A stretch of DNA of 64,000 nucleotides from an uncultured Thermoactinomyces sp. (GCA_965544045.1 CBEULT010000007.1:1-64000); one strand, 5' to 3'; numbered from the stretch's first letter, positions 20,754 through 32,094 are shown. Numbers and translations are program-made. Notes: a model not told the origin generated them from the letters alone.

Positions 20754-22541
20754 TCAACCTTTGCTTTCTTTACTGCTTTGGCCCCATCTGAACTGTTGTT
20801 GCACCAGTTTTTGATAAAGCGGATGCCCGCTTAACAACTCCTGATGGGTTCCCTGGCCGGTAATGCGCCCTTCCTCCAGCACAATAATCTTGTCAGCCTC
20901 CACAACTGTTGACAAACGATGGGCAATCACCAGAGTTGTCCGGTCTTTCATCAGATGGTTTAACGCTTCCTGAACCACATGTTCCGAAGTCGAGTCCAGG
21001 CTGGAAGTCGCCTCATCCAGCATCAGAATCCTGGGATCGCGCAAAAGCGCCCGGGCAATGGCAATTCTCTGCCGCTGACCTCCCGACAGCTTTGTTCCCC
21101 GTTCGCCTACATGAGTCTCATATCCTTGCGGCAATTCCTGGATAAATGCATGGGCGTTGGCCAATATGGCCGCATGCACCATTTCCCCATCCGTTACCGT
21201 TTTCTCCAGACCGTAGCAGATATTTTCCCGAATCGTACCGTTGACCAGAGGACTTTCCTGGGAAACATAGCCAAACTGCTGCCGCCATTTCCGCAGCGGG
21301 AAACGTGAGATCGGCGTTTCCCCCAGCCGGATTTCTCCCGCCGTTGGCTGATAAAAGCGCTCCAATAAGGAAAATAACGTGGTTTTCCCGCTCCCGCTCG
21401 GCCCGACAATGGCGGTCACTTTTCCCGGTTCCGCGGAAAAACTCACATCTTCCAATACCAAGTCCTGAGGTACATAACTGAATGAAACGCCATCCACCAC
21501 GATTGGCTGCTCGCTGTCAATCTCCGTTTCTGATCCAGGATCGTCCTCTTCCTCATCCCGCAAAATCTGCTGCAGCCGCTCTGTTGCTCCCAATGCTTTT
21601 TGCAGGCTGGTAAAAAAATGGGTCATTTGCACAAGCGGCATCACTGCCTGGAAAAGATAAAGAAGAAAAGCAACCAGTTCTCCTGCGGTAAGCGCACCAG
21701 TTGCCACACGATATCCCCCGTAACCGATCACTACCACCAGCATCAGCATCATGACAAAAGAAACGAGCGGCTGCAGCCAGGCATAGACCTTCGCTTCTTT
21801 CAACCCATACTGAAACATGCGATCAATCGTCTGCTCCCCATGTTTTTTCTCGACCGGTTCTGCCGTATAGGATTTGACCAGCCGAATTTCACTGATTGCC
21901 TGCGTCAACAGGATAGTGAAATTTGCGATCTGTTTTTGGAGGTTCTTGGAAATACGGTACATCCGTATTCCCATAGGCCGTATAATCGCGAACATCAGCG
22001 GAATCGCAACAAACATGAGCAGTGTCATCGACCAGTCCAGATAAAAAAGAAGAAAAAGGGCACCGATAACATTGATGATTCCGGTAAATAACTGTACCAT
22101 CTGTTGGGAAACGAGTGTCTTTAAAATAACCGTATCGTTGTTAATGCGGCTTACCAATTCGCCCGTATCATTTTCATCAAAATAAGAAACGGGCAGCCGG
22201 AGCGCTTTGCCCCACAATCTTTTCCGTAAACTGGATACTACTTTTTCGCCCAAAAACCCCAAAAGATAAGTTGAAATTCCGCCGGTGACCGCCTGCAGGA
22301 CAAATGCGCCAACCAAAAGAATAAAGACGGAAGCACGCAGATCGCCCACAGTCAGCATATCAACGGTCCCCTTGGTAAACCAGGGAACCAATAACCCGGC
22401 TACTGCTTCCATTATGCTGAAAACCAACACCAACACAATGATTTTTTTCGGCAAATTCGCTCCCTGGATAAATTTCAATAGAGGCCGAATATTCATCCTG
22501 GACAACGAAGGAGCTTGTTGCTCATTCTTCGCTTGTTCCAT
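20754..22541 (-). CDS. ABC transporter, fused permease/ATP-binding (multidrug-exporter type)
   Basis: 6 TM + Walker A GPSGSGKTT, LSGGQRQR, Walker B MLDEATS. Confidence 0.8.
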   Translation of the reverse strand: MEQAKNEQQAPSLSRMNIRPLLKFIQGANLPKKIIVLVLVFSIMEAVAGLLVPWFTKGTVDMLTVGDLRASVFILLVGAFVLQAVTGGISTYLLGFLGEKVVSSLRKRLWGKALRLPVSYFDENDTGELVSRINNDTVILKTLVSQQMVQLFTGIINVIGALFLLFYLDWSMTLLMFVAIPLMFAIIRPMGIRMYRISKNLQKQIANFTILLTQAISEIRLVKSYTAEPVEKKHGEQTIDRMFQYGLKEAKVYAWLQPLVSFVMMLMLVVVIGYGGYRVATGALTAGELVAFLLYLFQAVMPLVQMTHFFTSLQKALGATERLQQILRDEEEDDPGSETEIDSEQPIVVDGVSFSYVPQDLVLEDVSFSAEPGKVTAIVGPSGSGKTTLFSLLERFYQPTAGEIRLGETPISRFPLRKWRQQFGYVSQESPLVNGTIRENICYGLEKTVTDGEMVHAAILANAHAFIQELPQGYETHVGERGTKLSGGQRQRIAIARALLRDPRILMLDEATSSLDSTSEHVVQEALNHLMKDRTTLVIAHRLSTVVEADKIIVLEEGRITGQGTHQELLSGHPLYQKLVQQQFRWGQSSKESKG

Positions 22542-22610
22542 CCGCATCCCCCGTTATATTTATAATGGCAATAATCCACTTTCTCATTATAAATGATTTG
22601 TTTGTTTATG

Positions 22611-22650
22611 GAAAAAAGGCGCCTTCTCCCATAAGGAAAAAGGCGCCTCG
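22611..22650 (-). terminator. Intrinsic terminator downstream of dps-1 (GGCGCCTT…AAGGCGCC hairpin + T-run); a near-copy follows dps-2 at ~26005-26045
   Basis: Read directly. Confidence 0.5.
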
Positions 22651-22664
22651 CTCACTCACCTATA

Positions 22665-23105
22665 TTACCTTGCAGAATATGCTTTTAGCATCCACAGGTG
22701 TTTTTCCAGTTTCGCAAGAAGGCCAATTAGCAGATCTGCTGTAGCAGCATCGCCAATACTTTCTGCTGCCTTGATCGCTTCTCCTGTTTCCCCGGAAATG
22801 GTCTGGAAATCCGCAGCCACCTGCTGTACCATTTGTTCTGTCGTTTCATTTCCAACCGCTTCCTGAATCGTTGCCTGATTCAAATATTCCCGCATCGTGC
22901 TGCCCGGGATTCCCCCGATCGCCAGCAATCGTTCCGCGATCTGGTCAAGGATTAACGCGGCTTCATTGTAAAATTCCTCAAACTTTTGATGGAGTTCAAA
23001 AAACTGATCTCCTTTTACAAACCAATGGTAGTGATGCAGCTTAAAATAGAGGACACTCCAGTTGGCCAATTGTCGATTTAATACCGTTTGCAGATCTTGT
23101 GGCAT
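22665..23105 (-). CDS. dps: Dps-family DNA-protection/ferritin-like protein (MrgA-like), paralogue 1
   Basis: 146 aa. Ferroxidase-centre residues (…HHYHWFVKGDQFFELHQKFEEFY…). Confidence 0.85.
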   Translation of the reverse strand: MPQDLQTVLNRQLANWSVLYFKLHHYHWFVKGDQFFELHQKFEEFYNEAALILDQIAERLLAIGGIPGSTMREYLNQATIQEAVGNETTEQMVQQVAADFQTISGETGEAIKAAESIGDAATADLLIGLLAKLEKHLWMLKAYSAR

Positions 23106-23425
23106 AAATTCCCCTCTTTTCTGTGCAGTTTCTTGCCCCTATTTTTTCCAAAACCATTTTACTCATACATAGTTTTTTATAGAAAAGGCACAAACTTTCA
23201 GCTTCCAATAATTATTCAAACCTGAAATGGGTCTTTTAATAAAAGCAACAGTTGGATTTTGAATATCTTGTGATTATGTATCAATATTTGTATGCTATTT
23301 ACTATTTTTATATAAAGAGCAGAAAATATATTTTCAGTAACTTGAATCCACTTTGTTTGCAAAAAAGTTTTTACGCTTTCTATGGTTAAATAATATTATA
23401 TAAGCTAAAAACACATCATTCCTTT

Positions 23426-25267
23426 TTGTTAAAAAATGAATTTTCAAGGGAATCCGTCTCTGCCCAGGTGTTTGCCACCATCGCCTATTGCCACGTGGTC
23501 AACGCTGTACCGGAACTGGAAGAGCATCTGCCAAAACATGACACTCTGATGCCAAACGCCTGTTACGTATTTCTGGAAGACTGGCTTCGGGATGAGAAAG
23601 GGAGACAGGCGATCAAACCGCTGCTGCGGGAACTGGAGACTTCCTGGGGAATATACGGTCTCCTGAAAGAACTGCCACCGGAAACTGCCGCGGGTTGTAC
23701 CACCTTCCCCATTGCCGATGCGGTGATCCTGGAATACCTGAATGAGATGCTCCTTCATCATACCGTCACCGGACTTCCCCTCCGGGAGATAATCAAAAGG
23801 CAGGCAGGCTCCCCGGGCACAAGGCAGGCGAGAGCAGACAGCCTATGAATTCTGTTCTTACGCATTGCCTCTTGTTACATATAAAGAAGCGGAGCGAAAA
23901 GAGCACTACAAAACGAGCGGTACAGACTGGGTGAAAACCTGTACTGAACACGAATTTCAGATCGATCAGATGTACCGGAAACTGACGTGGATCTGTAACG
24001 AAGCGGGCATGCCGGAAGAATGGTCCGAACTGCGCAACCGGATGACAGAGTGGTACGAAAAGGTATTTTTAACCGGACTTTCCCGGTACATTGACGAACT
24101 GATCAGCAGCGAACGGGCCAGCCACCGGCCAATCCGAGCTGTGAAGCAGCAAACCGGTTTCTTCCGGAATTTTATCCGTCCCATTCTGGACAAAAGCCCG
24201 GAGCGGATCTTTGTCATCATTTCTGATGCCCTGCGGTATGAAGCCGGTATAGAACTGGCGGAAAAACTGCGCAGCCGTCTAAACGCCGACATTTCCACCA
24301 GTCCCATGCAAGCGGCCATTCCCACTTACACCCAGTTGGGCATGGCCTGCCTGCTGCCGGGAACAGTTACCCGAATTGATGACCAGGGAACCGTTTATGT
24401 TGATGGCATCCCCGCACGGGGGGGCTGGCCAACCGGGAGAAAATCCTGCAGAAAGCTGTTCCGGATGCCAAAGCATTCCGTCTGGACGAATTTCTGCAAC
24501 TTGGCAAGGAAGGACTGAAACAGTTTCGGGGGAAACGGGTGGTTTACCTGTACCACAACCAAATTGATGCCAAGGGGGACAACCACACAACAGAAAGCTA
24601 TACCTTTGCCGATGCCCGCCACACTCTGCTCGAACTGGAGCGGGCGGTGGCCAAACTGGCGGGAACATTTGAAGCCAAGCGAATCCTGATTACGGCTGAC
24701 CATAGTTTCCTGTACCAGTATTCGCCAGTACAGGCGGACCAATTGGCAGAACGGGCAAGCTGAACCATCATTGACCAGAACCGCCGCTTTGCCATCGGAC
24801 AGAACCTGAATGTTCCGCCAGGGGCGCAAAAAATCCCCCTTTCCCGGCTAGGCCTGGATGAGTTGGAAGCGGTTGTAGCCAAGGGATTAAACCGGTTCAA
24901 AACAAACGGCGGAATGAAATTTGTGCATGACGGCGCGATGCCCCAGGAAGTGATCGTACCAGTCATCCACTACCGGAAGATTCACGGGCAACGGCGGAAA
25001 CGGCAGGAACAGCGGGTTCCGCGCGCCATCTCCGGACTGCCTTCTACCGGGGATGACCGTATTTCCAATGAAGTGACCATGGTATTTGACCACAGCCAGG
25101 AAGCAACCGAACGCCACACGGAAATTACCTTCGCCCTGATTGAAAACCGCTACCCGCTCGGGGAACCATGTGAACTGCGCCTGGAATACATAACCGGTTC
25201 GAAAACCGTTTTATATGCGGAAGAAGCTTTTGAACCCAGACCGTACGACTATGATTTTAATAAATAA
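23426..25267 (+). pseudogene. Alkaline-phosphatase-superfamily (PglZ-like) gene, GC-rich, disrupted by at least 2 frameshifts and an in-frame TGA
   Basis: Fragments in frames 2/0/2/2. Motifs …IFVIISDALRYEAG…, …YLYHNQIDAKGD…, …ILITADHSF… (metal-binding D/H motifs of the alkaline-phosphatase fold). G7-8 run at 24417-24424 sits at a frame switch. In-frame TGA at 24761-24763. Local GC is clearly above that of the flanking sequence. Confidence 0.45.
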
Positions 25268-26058
25268 CCATCCCGGAAAGGAATATGAACAAAAGCATAA
25301 AAGGTATTCGCCAGCTTTACAAAGCAGAAAACGGAGCCTTCAGGACGACTCCTGAGGGCTTGCCTGGCATAACCGGAAGCCCAACGCACTGAAGGAGACA
25401 TGTATGTAACGGCGCAACAAATAATATTTTACTGGCTTAATTAGAATTTGGGATATCAGCAACTGGTAAGGAGGTGGTTTTCATCTCGTTTAACCATTTG
25501 ATCGCCAGCCACCAGTTGGAGGGCTATAATTATCCCGGATACTCTCCATTGGGAAGCAAGGAAGAAACGGGCACTGACAGACTATGATTTGTCATAGGCC
25601 CATATCCAGATGGGCTAAAGTGAATACCAAAAATCCTGAAAAGCTATTTCGATCCAGATTAACGATCTATTATATTATGGTTGGCATTCTCAATTTGATC
25701 GGCCAAACCTTGGTTCGATACAATTTGCAGGAAGGTCCAGCAATTCAGGAGGGTTTTTACCGTTTTAAGGATGTGGGTAAATTTCTTTGCCTTTTTATTA
25801 ATCATGCCTCTTGTGATCCTTGCTGTCCGGGGAGCCTATCATCTTTTTAGAAGGAATAAAAACAATTCTCCAATATTGGGTATCCTCTTTATTGTGATTG
25901 GGGTTATTCCCGTTACAGCGATTGCTGTTTTTATGCTGTATTGGCTATATATCCTGGTATTTTACGGGTTTGCCCCTTAAAGCTTTTTATTGGCCTGCTT
26001 CGGATCTCACGAAAAAAGGCGCCTTCCTCCCGGGGAAAAAGACGCCTGATTTCTGACT

Positions 26059-26499
26059 TTATTTCGCTGAATATGCTGTCAACATCCAAATATGTTTTTC
26101 CAGTTTTGAAACAAGGCCGGTCAACAGATCTGCCGCAGCAGCATCTCCCGCATTGTCAGCTTCCTTAATGGCTACTTTTGTTTCCTCTGAAATGGTTTTA
26201 AAGTCCTGGATCACTTGTTGTACCATTTCTGCTGCCTTTTCATTTCCTGACGCCTCTTTAATCGTTGCCTTATCCAGAAACTCTTTCATGGTGCTAATTG
26301 GTGCTCCGCCTTTAGCCAGCAAAAATTCTGCAATCTGATCAAGGGTTAAAGCGGCTTCATTGTAAAATTCCTCAAACTTTTGATGGAGCTCGAAAAACTG
26401 ATCTCCTTTTACAAACCAATGATAGTGATGCAGCTTAAAATAGAGGACACTCCAGTTCGCCAATTGTCGATTTAATACCGTTTGCAGGTCTTGTTGCAT
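26059..26499 (-). CDS. dps: Dps-family protein, paralogue 2 (5' ~190 bp near-identical to dps-1)
   Basis: The first ~51 residues are identical to paralogue 1 and the rest ~60% identical. Same AAGAGGGGA RBS. Confidence 0.85.
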   Translation of the reverse strand: MQQDLQTVLNRQLANWSVLYFKLHHYHWFVKGDQFFELHQKFEEFYNEAALTLDQIAEFLLAKGGAPISTMKEFLDKATIKEASGNEKAAEMVQQVIQDFKTISEETKVAIKEADNAGDAAAADLLTGLVSKLEKHIWMLTAYSAK

Positions 26500-26863
26500 G
26501 AACTCCCCTCTTTTCAAAGCAGTTTCTTGCCTCTGTATCCCGAAACCATAACTCTTAAACAGGATTTATTGCAAAGAGGCATAAAATAGTTTCTAATATT
26601 TATTTTAACACTAAAAACAAGTCATTTTATACAATAAATCTAAATATCCTTGAATTTTTATTGAAATTAGTAATATTTGTTAATATTTTCAACATAAATA
26701 TTAAAAAAACAAACAATTGATATGAAATGACACAGGATTAAAGACTCCCTAACTGAGTATTTTCCAACTTCGTGCATTCCATGAGCTCTTGTTACATCTG
26801 CTTCAACATCTGGACATTTCCCAGCAAAAAAGTTATAATGCTTTTTAGCTGTCCATTGATTAT

Positions 26864-26940
<77 letters not shown>

Positions 26941-27270
26941 AACCTTTAAATACGCGGAGTTTGACGATTTTTAACCGGTTTTTGACCGCGTGAAACCGTG
27001 AAATTTTCGTGTATAACCGCTTGATAACCGCTACCTGAACCGTTGGCATACGGTAAGGACAAGCGGTTATTTTTTGGCTAAAAAGTCATTTTCCCGGGAA
27101 TGTAAAAACGTTCAATGTCCAAATGAGAACAGCGGTAAGAAACGATATTAATATAATCAGGCAATCAATGATACTTACACATCCGTGAAAAGTTGAACAA
27201 ATAACGAAAAAATGGCGACATACCTTTTATTATTGAGGAATACAGGGAACAATAATAGGGGGTGTACAAA

Positions 27271-27483
27271 ATGGAAAAGTATATTTTTGACAAGGAAGAA
27301 ATAAAGCACTTTGTTTGTGCCAATTGTTCAAGGATAAAAGAGACTGACGAATATGTTGATTTATACGAGTGTGAAGGCTGTGGCACTTTTGTATCTGAAG
27401 CGGCATTAGAAGAACTTAAAAAGTACAATGTTTGTGAAGACGAGAACATTCATTTTGTAGAATCGGAAATGCTCAAGAATTAA
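27271..27483 (+). CDS. Small zinc-ribbon protein (CxxC-x17-CxxC), hypothetical
   Basis: 70 aa with AGGGGGTG RBS. A-U-rich hairpin + T-run after the stop. Confidence 0.45.
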   Translation: MEKYIFDKEEIKHFVCANCSRIKETDEYVDLYECEGCGTFVSEAALEELKKYNVCEDENIHFVESEMLKN

Positions 27484-27735
27484 AGAGCTTAACCGAAAAA
27501 AGGGGCCTCAGCGCTTCCTTTTTTCTTTCGCAGGCTTTCAGATGAATTTTCCAATATTTGGAAAATTATTTCATCTTAAGAACTCCCCGCATAAATTGTG
27601 TTACAGTCGCAATTTATCTCCGGTAAGGGAGTTTAACCTCCGTTTATATAAAAAGGACCGGTTTTCCATGAACCAGTCCTTGATTATAACTATAATCCAA
27701 ATAAATTAATGTAATAAATATACCAATACTAACCA

Positions 27736-28335
27736 TTACTTCCCTTCAAGCTGCTTGACTTGCAACAACTCACAGAACACTTCGATCATTCCCATTATAT
27801 TTATCTCTTCATCAATATAATGCTGCATATTGTACCCATTAAACAGGGCCATTGCCGCTGTTGCCAGTTTCCTTGCATCCAGCGGACTGCCAATGATCCC
27901 TTCCTTTTGCATAACTTCAAACAGCCGGGTCAGGTCCTGCCGCCACTCTTCCATCTGTGTGGCCAACAATTGTTGCACTTGGGGCAGATATTGACAGGTC
28001 ATTGCGGAATGAAGAAGGACAGCGGAAAAACCTTTTTCATATGTCTTATCTACCATATCGGTGGAATACTTGATAAAATTGTCCACCAAATTTTTATTTT
28101 CCTGTGCCGTAAGCTCCTGCAATTCCCGGAAATAGAAACCGATGCCATCCTGGAGCACTTTTAACAAAAACTCTTCTTTTGCCTTGAAATGGGCATAAAA
28201 AGCGCCTTTGGACATTCCCGCCTGCCTGACAATCTGATCAACGCTTGTATTGCTGTAACCGTATTTGGCAAATAAAGTGATTCCAGAATTAACCAGCTTT
28301 TGAATAGTGTGCTCAGACATTTCCTGGTGTTTCAT
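27736..28335 (-). CDS. TetR-family transcriptional regulator
   Basis: TetR HTH (…YSNTSVDQIVRQAGMSKGAFYAHF…). Confidence 0.75.
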   Translation of the reverse strand: MKHQEMSEHTIQKLVNSGITLFAKYGYSNTSVDQIVRQAGMSKGAFYAHFKAKEEFLLKVLQDGIGFYFRELQELTAQENKNLVDNFIKYSTDMVDKTYEKGFSAVLLHSAMTCQYLPQVQQLLATQMEEWRQDLTRLFEVMQKEGIIGSPLDARKLATAAMALFNGYNMQHYIDEEINIMGMIEVFCELLQVKQLEGK

Positions 28336-28564
28336 GGATTTAATCCGACCCCTTTAAGATTGGTTTCTGAATCTTCGAATTCGATTATATCATAATTTAT
28401 AATATGAAAATATACCGATTAGTCGGTTTTTTAATACCACCTCGCAATTTTTACACTAAGACACAATGTTTGTTTTCTTGGTGTGAGAGAAATATTTATT
28501 ATTCAACAAACGAAAGAATCGATGGTTCATGATGACATTGTTGGAACCGATAAAAGGAAAGAGA

Positions 28565-29923
28565 TTAAGCAGAAAATTCCTTTTTGCGATTCATCCACCA
28601 ATAAACAGGCAATCCGGCCAGAGTAATAATGATCGTGATAATGGCCCCTTCCAGATCATGCGTTAACATGCTGAACACAACAAACAGAGAACCGATAATG
28701 GCCAGAATGGGAGTAACGGGATACAGCGGAACACGATAATTTTCTTTTTCTTTGACCCATTCCGGTTTCCGTTTCCGCAAAAGGAAAACACCAACAAATG
28801 CCTGAATATAGAAGATGAAGATCGCAAAAATGGCAATCTCCGATAAACGGTCAGGATTGCCAACTACCATAAACAGGATGGCCAGCATAATTTGAAACGC
28901 GATCGCCCAGGTCGGGGTACCAAATTTCTTATGAACGCGTGACAAAAAGCCTGCACCCGGCAACAGGCGGTCATTTGCCATAGCAAAGGAAATCCGGGGA
29001 TAACTTAATATTTTTCCGTTCAAACCGCCAAAAATCGAAATGATAATGCCAATACTGATAATCTGGTGTCCCGCTTCACCAAACAAAATTCCGGCCGCAG
29101 TACCTGCTGCGTTCTCTCCCAAAGCCTGAATCTGGCTGGCTGGCATAACATGGATCAATGCCATATTAACGGCCAGATAAGAAATAATAATCACCAACAG
29201 GCCAATACTGATTGCTTTGGGTAAAATTTTTGCCGGCTTTCGCATCTCGCCAGCTGCCGAAGCCGCCGCAATCCAGCCGTCATAAGCAAACATGGCGGCA
29301 AGCATGGCAGCTCCAAGCCCTTCTTTGCTTCCCCCTGCACTGGATGCGGAAAAAACGTTACCCGAACCATACAACAGGCCAAAAACAGCAATCAGAATGA
29401 TGGGCACCAGTTTGGCTGCCGTTGTAACAACCTGGATCATTCCGCCATATTTTACACCCAGGCTGTTCACAACAGCCAGAAAAAGTACTGTAACTGCTCC
29501 AATCCACAAATGCCAGGATTCTCCCAGTTTGAAATAGCTGGCAACCAGTATGCCAAAGTAAAGGCCCATCGCACCGATCAATGCCGGCTGATAGATCACA
29601 CTTTGGACCCAACCGCTGATAAAGCCGGAGAACTTTCCATACACTTCCTCCAGATAGATATACAATCCACCTGTTTTGGGAATACGGGCACAAAGCTCCG
29701 CGATAGTGAGTCCCGCCGCCAATGTCAGCAACCCCGTCAATAACCAGGCCAATAAAGCCAAAGACGCTTGTCCGCCTACATAATCAAGAACTGTTCCCGG
29801 CTTCACAAAGACACCCGAACCAATAACAACGCCAACCACCAACGATATTGCCGGCCAAAAACCTAAATCTCTTTTCAACTTTTGCTCCTGATTCTGCATT
29901 TTTACCACCATTCTATTTTGCAT
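28565..29923 (-). CDS. APC-family amino-acid permease
   Basis: 452 aa, 12 TM, APC signature. Confidence 0.8.
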   Translation of the reverse strand: MQNRMVVKMQNQEQKLKRDLGFWPAISLVVGVVIGSGVFVKPGTVLDYVGGQASLALLAWLLTGLLTLAAGLTIAELCARIPKTGGLYIYLEEVYGKFSGFISGWVQSVIYQPALIGAMGLYFGILVASYFKLGESWHLWIGAVTVLFLAVVNSLGVKYGGMIQVVTTAAKLVPIILIAVFGLLYGSGNVFSASSAGGSKEGLGAAMLAAMFAYDGWIAAASAAGEMRKPAKILPKAISIGLLVIIISYLAVNMALIHVMPASQIQALGENAAGTAAGILFGEAGHQIISIGIIISIFGGLNGKILSYPRISFAMANDRLLPGAGFLSRVHKKFGTPTWAIAFQIMLAILFMVVGNPDRLSEIAIFAIFIFYIQAFVGVFLLRKRKPEWVKEKENYRVPLYPVTPILAIIGSLFVVFSMLTHDLEGAIITIIITLAGLPVYWWMNRKKEFSA

Positions 29924-30003
29924 AAATAAATGTCTTCCACATTATAACTCTAATGCTTTAATTAAGTAAATTATTAACCAAAAAAAGAAATGCTGTTATT
30001 TTA

Positions 30004-30034
30004 TGTAAAAGATAAACCCTGTTACCAGGGTTTA
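30004..30034 (-). terminator. Intrinsic terminator after asnB (AAACCCTG…CAGGGTTT + U-run)
   Basis: Read directly. Confidence 0.5.
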
Positions 30035-31879
30035 TCACTTAATCACGACTTTATATTTTTTCATCCATTCATTCAGTTGCCACCAGTATGCCAGTAAAGC
30101 GGGAACATTCATCAACTGCCCAAACCAGGGCAAATGAAGCTGGGTTAAATCCTGGTTCATAAAGTTCTCCACTTCCCGGCGATCCAATACCTGAAACAAT
30201 GGAGCTGAAGGTGTATCAAGCAGTTGCCGGATCTGTTTTTTCATCAGCCGTAAATAGTCGGGATGGTGTGTTTTGGGATAGGGGCTTTTCTTGCGTTCCA
30301 CAATTTCTTTTGGCAACAAGTCCCTCAAAGCATAACGCAGCAAGCCTTTTTCCCGGTTTCCGTGCTTCTTGATCATCCAGGGAACATTCCATACATACTC
30401 CACCAAATGATGGTCACAAAAAGGAACACGCACTTCAAGGCCAAACGCCATACTCATCCGGTCTTTCCGGTCAAGAAGTGTTGGCATCCAACGTGTCAGA
30501 TTAAGATAGAACATTTCCCGCATGCGGGCTTCCCTGGTATTATCCTCAGATAAACGGGGAACTTCCGACAATGCTTCCTGGTAACTGGCTTCCACATACT
30601 CCAGAGGCCGGATACGCGCTTTTATTTCCGGGGAAATAAAAGGAATCCGTTTGGCAACCAGCCGGGCCCAGGGGAAGGTATCGGCATTCACCATTTCTTC
30701 CCGGTGAAACCAGGGGTATCCCCCAAAGACTTCATCTGCACATTCCCCGGACAGGATCACCGTCATCTCTTTCTTGATTTCCCTTGAAAAGAGAAACAGT
30801 GACGCATCCACATCTGCCATTCCCGGCAAATCGCGTGCTTCCATTGCTTTAATCAGGCTGTCAAACAGTTCGAAGTTGTCTAGTAAAATGGTATGGTGAT
30901 CAGAATGAATCCGTTCGGCCATCAACTCTGCCCAGGGTGCATCAGAATTTGGCTGAAATTCATTAACATTAAAATATTTGTCGTTATCGATGTAATCAAC
31001 TGAAAATGTATGCAAAGTTCCCCTCTTTTCTTCTTGAAACACTTTCGCTGCACAAGCGGAAATCGCACTTGAATCAAGCCCGCCGGAAAGCATCGTTCCG
31101 ACGGGAACATCGGACACCAGTTGTCTCTTTACGGCATCCTGAAAAAGTTCCCGTACCTGGTGGGCTGTTGTCTCCAGATCATCTTCATGATAACGGCTGG
31201 TCAATTCCCAATAAGAGCATGTTTTGACCCCATCCCGATCATAAAGCAGGAAATGTCCCGGGCGCAGCTCGTAAATATTCTTAAACACCCCACAGCCTGG
31301 CGTTCTGGCCGGCCCCATGACCAAAAGTTCAGCCAGGCCCTGATCATCAATCACCGGTTCAACAGCAGGATGGGCTAACAGAGATTTAAGTTCAGATCCA
31401 AACAGGAGCGAATCCCCGATCTTTGTATAAAAGAGAGGTTTCACGCCGATCCTGTCTCTTGCCATAAAACAGGTTTGCCGCTGTTCGTCCCAAATAGCAA
31501 AGGCAAAAATGCCGTTAAGGTATTTGAGGCAATCTTCTCCCCATTCGATATAAGCTGCAAGAATCAATTCCGTATCGGAACGGGTGGATAGTGAATGGCC
31601 AAGAGACAGCAATTTTAATCGCAACTCCCCCATATTGTATATTTCTCCATTATAAGTAATAACAAATTTCTGTCCATTCACGATTTTGACCATGGGTTGC
31701 ACGCCGCCTTCCGGATCAATCACAATCAAACGCTGATGTCCAAAAGCCGCATGTGGCGAAAACCAGACCCCTTCATCATCAGGGCCCCGGTTCAGAAGGG
31801 TGCGATTCATTTGTTGAAGAATTTCCTTCTCCCGGGTTAAATCTTTCACAAAATCAATCCATCCCGTAATTCCGCACAC
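30035..31879 (-). CDS. asnB: Asparagine synthetase (glutamine-hydrolysing)
   Basis: N-terminal MCGI (Ntn Cys2), SGGLDSS PP-loop, 614 aa. Confidence 0.9.
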   Translation of the reverse strand: MCGITGWIDFVKDLTREKEILQQMNRTLLNRGPDDEGVWFSPHAAFGHQRLIVIDPEGGVQPMVKIVNGQKFVITYNGEIYNMGELRLKLLSLGHSLSTRSDTELILAAYIEWGEDCLKYLNGIFAFAIWDEQRQTCFMARDRIGVKPLFYTKIGDSLLFGSELKSLLAHPAVEPVIDDQGLAELLVMGPARTPGCGVFKNIYELRPGHFLLYDRDGVKTCSYWELTSRYHEDDLETTAHQVRELFQDAVKRQLVSDVPVGTMLSGGLDSSAISACAAKVFQEEKRGTLHTFSVDYIDNDKYFNVNEFQPNSDAPWAELMAERIHSDHHTILLDNFELFDSLIKAMEARDLPGMADVDASLFLFSREIKKEMTVILSGECADEVFGGYPWFHREEMVNADTFPWARLVAKRIPFISPEIKARIRPLEYVEASYQEALSEVPRLSEDNTREARMREMFYLNLTRWMPTLLDRKDRMSMAFGLEVRVPFCDHHLVEYVWNVPWMIKKHGNREKGLLRYALRDLLPKEIVERKKSPYPKTHHPDYLRLMKKQIRQLLDTPSAPLFQVLDRREVENFMNQDLTQLHLPWFGQLMNVPALLAYWWQLNEWMKKYKVVIK

Positions 31880-32094
31880 AGGATATCCCCATCCTTTCCT
31901 GGACTTCTTCCTACTATCTAAATAAGCATTTCCTTTACATTTTATGAAAAAACCGATAAAAAGTGCCCATTATAAATAATTTTTTCAATTAATTGAATGT
32001 AATCCAAAAATATCAAATTAGGAATTCTCAACCTCTTATGTTATGATAAAATTCCCCTCTTTATAATTATTTTCCAATGAAGGAGGGAGCAACT

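Noticed and set aside
23966-24966. Four overlapping minus-strand ORFs (119-144 aa) across the PglZ-like region
   Set aside because: Antisense and alternative-frame ORFs produced by high GC. No RBS and no domain signatures. The coherent sense-strand motifs explain the region.
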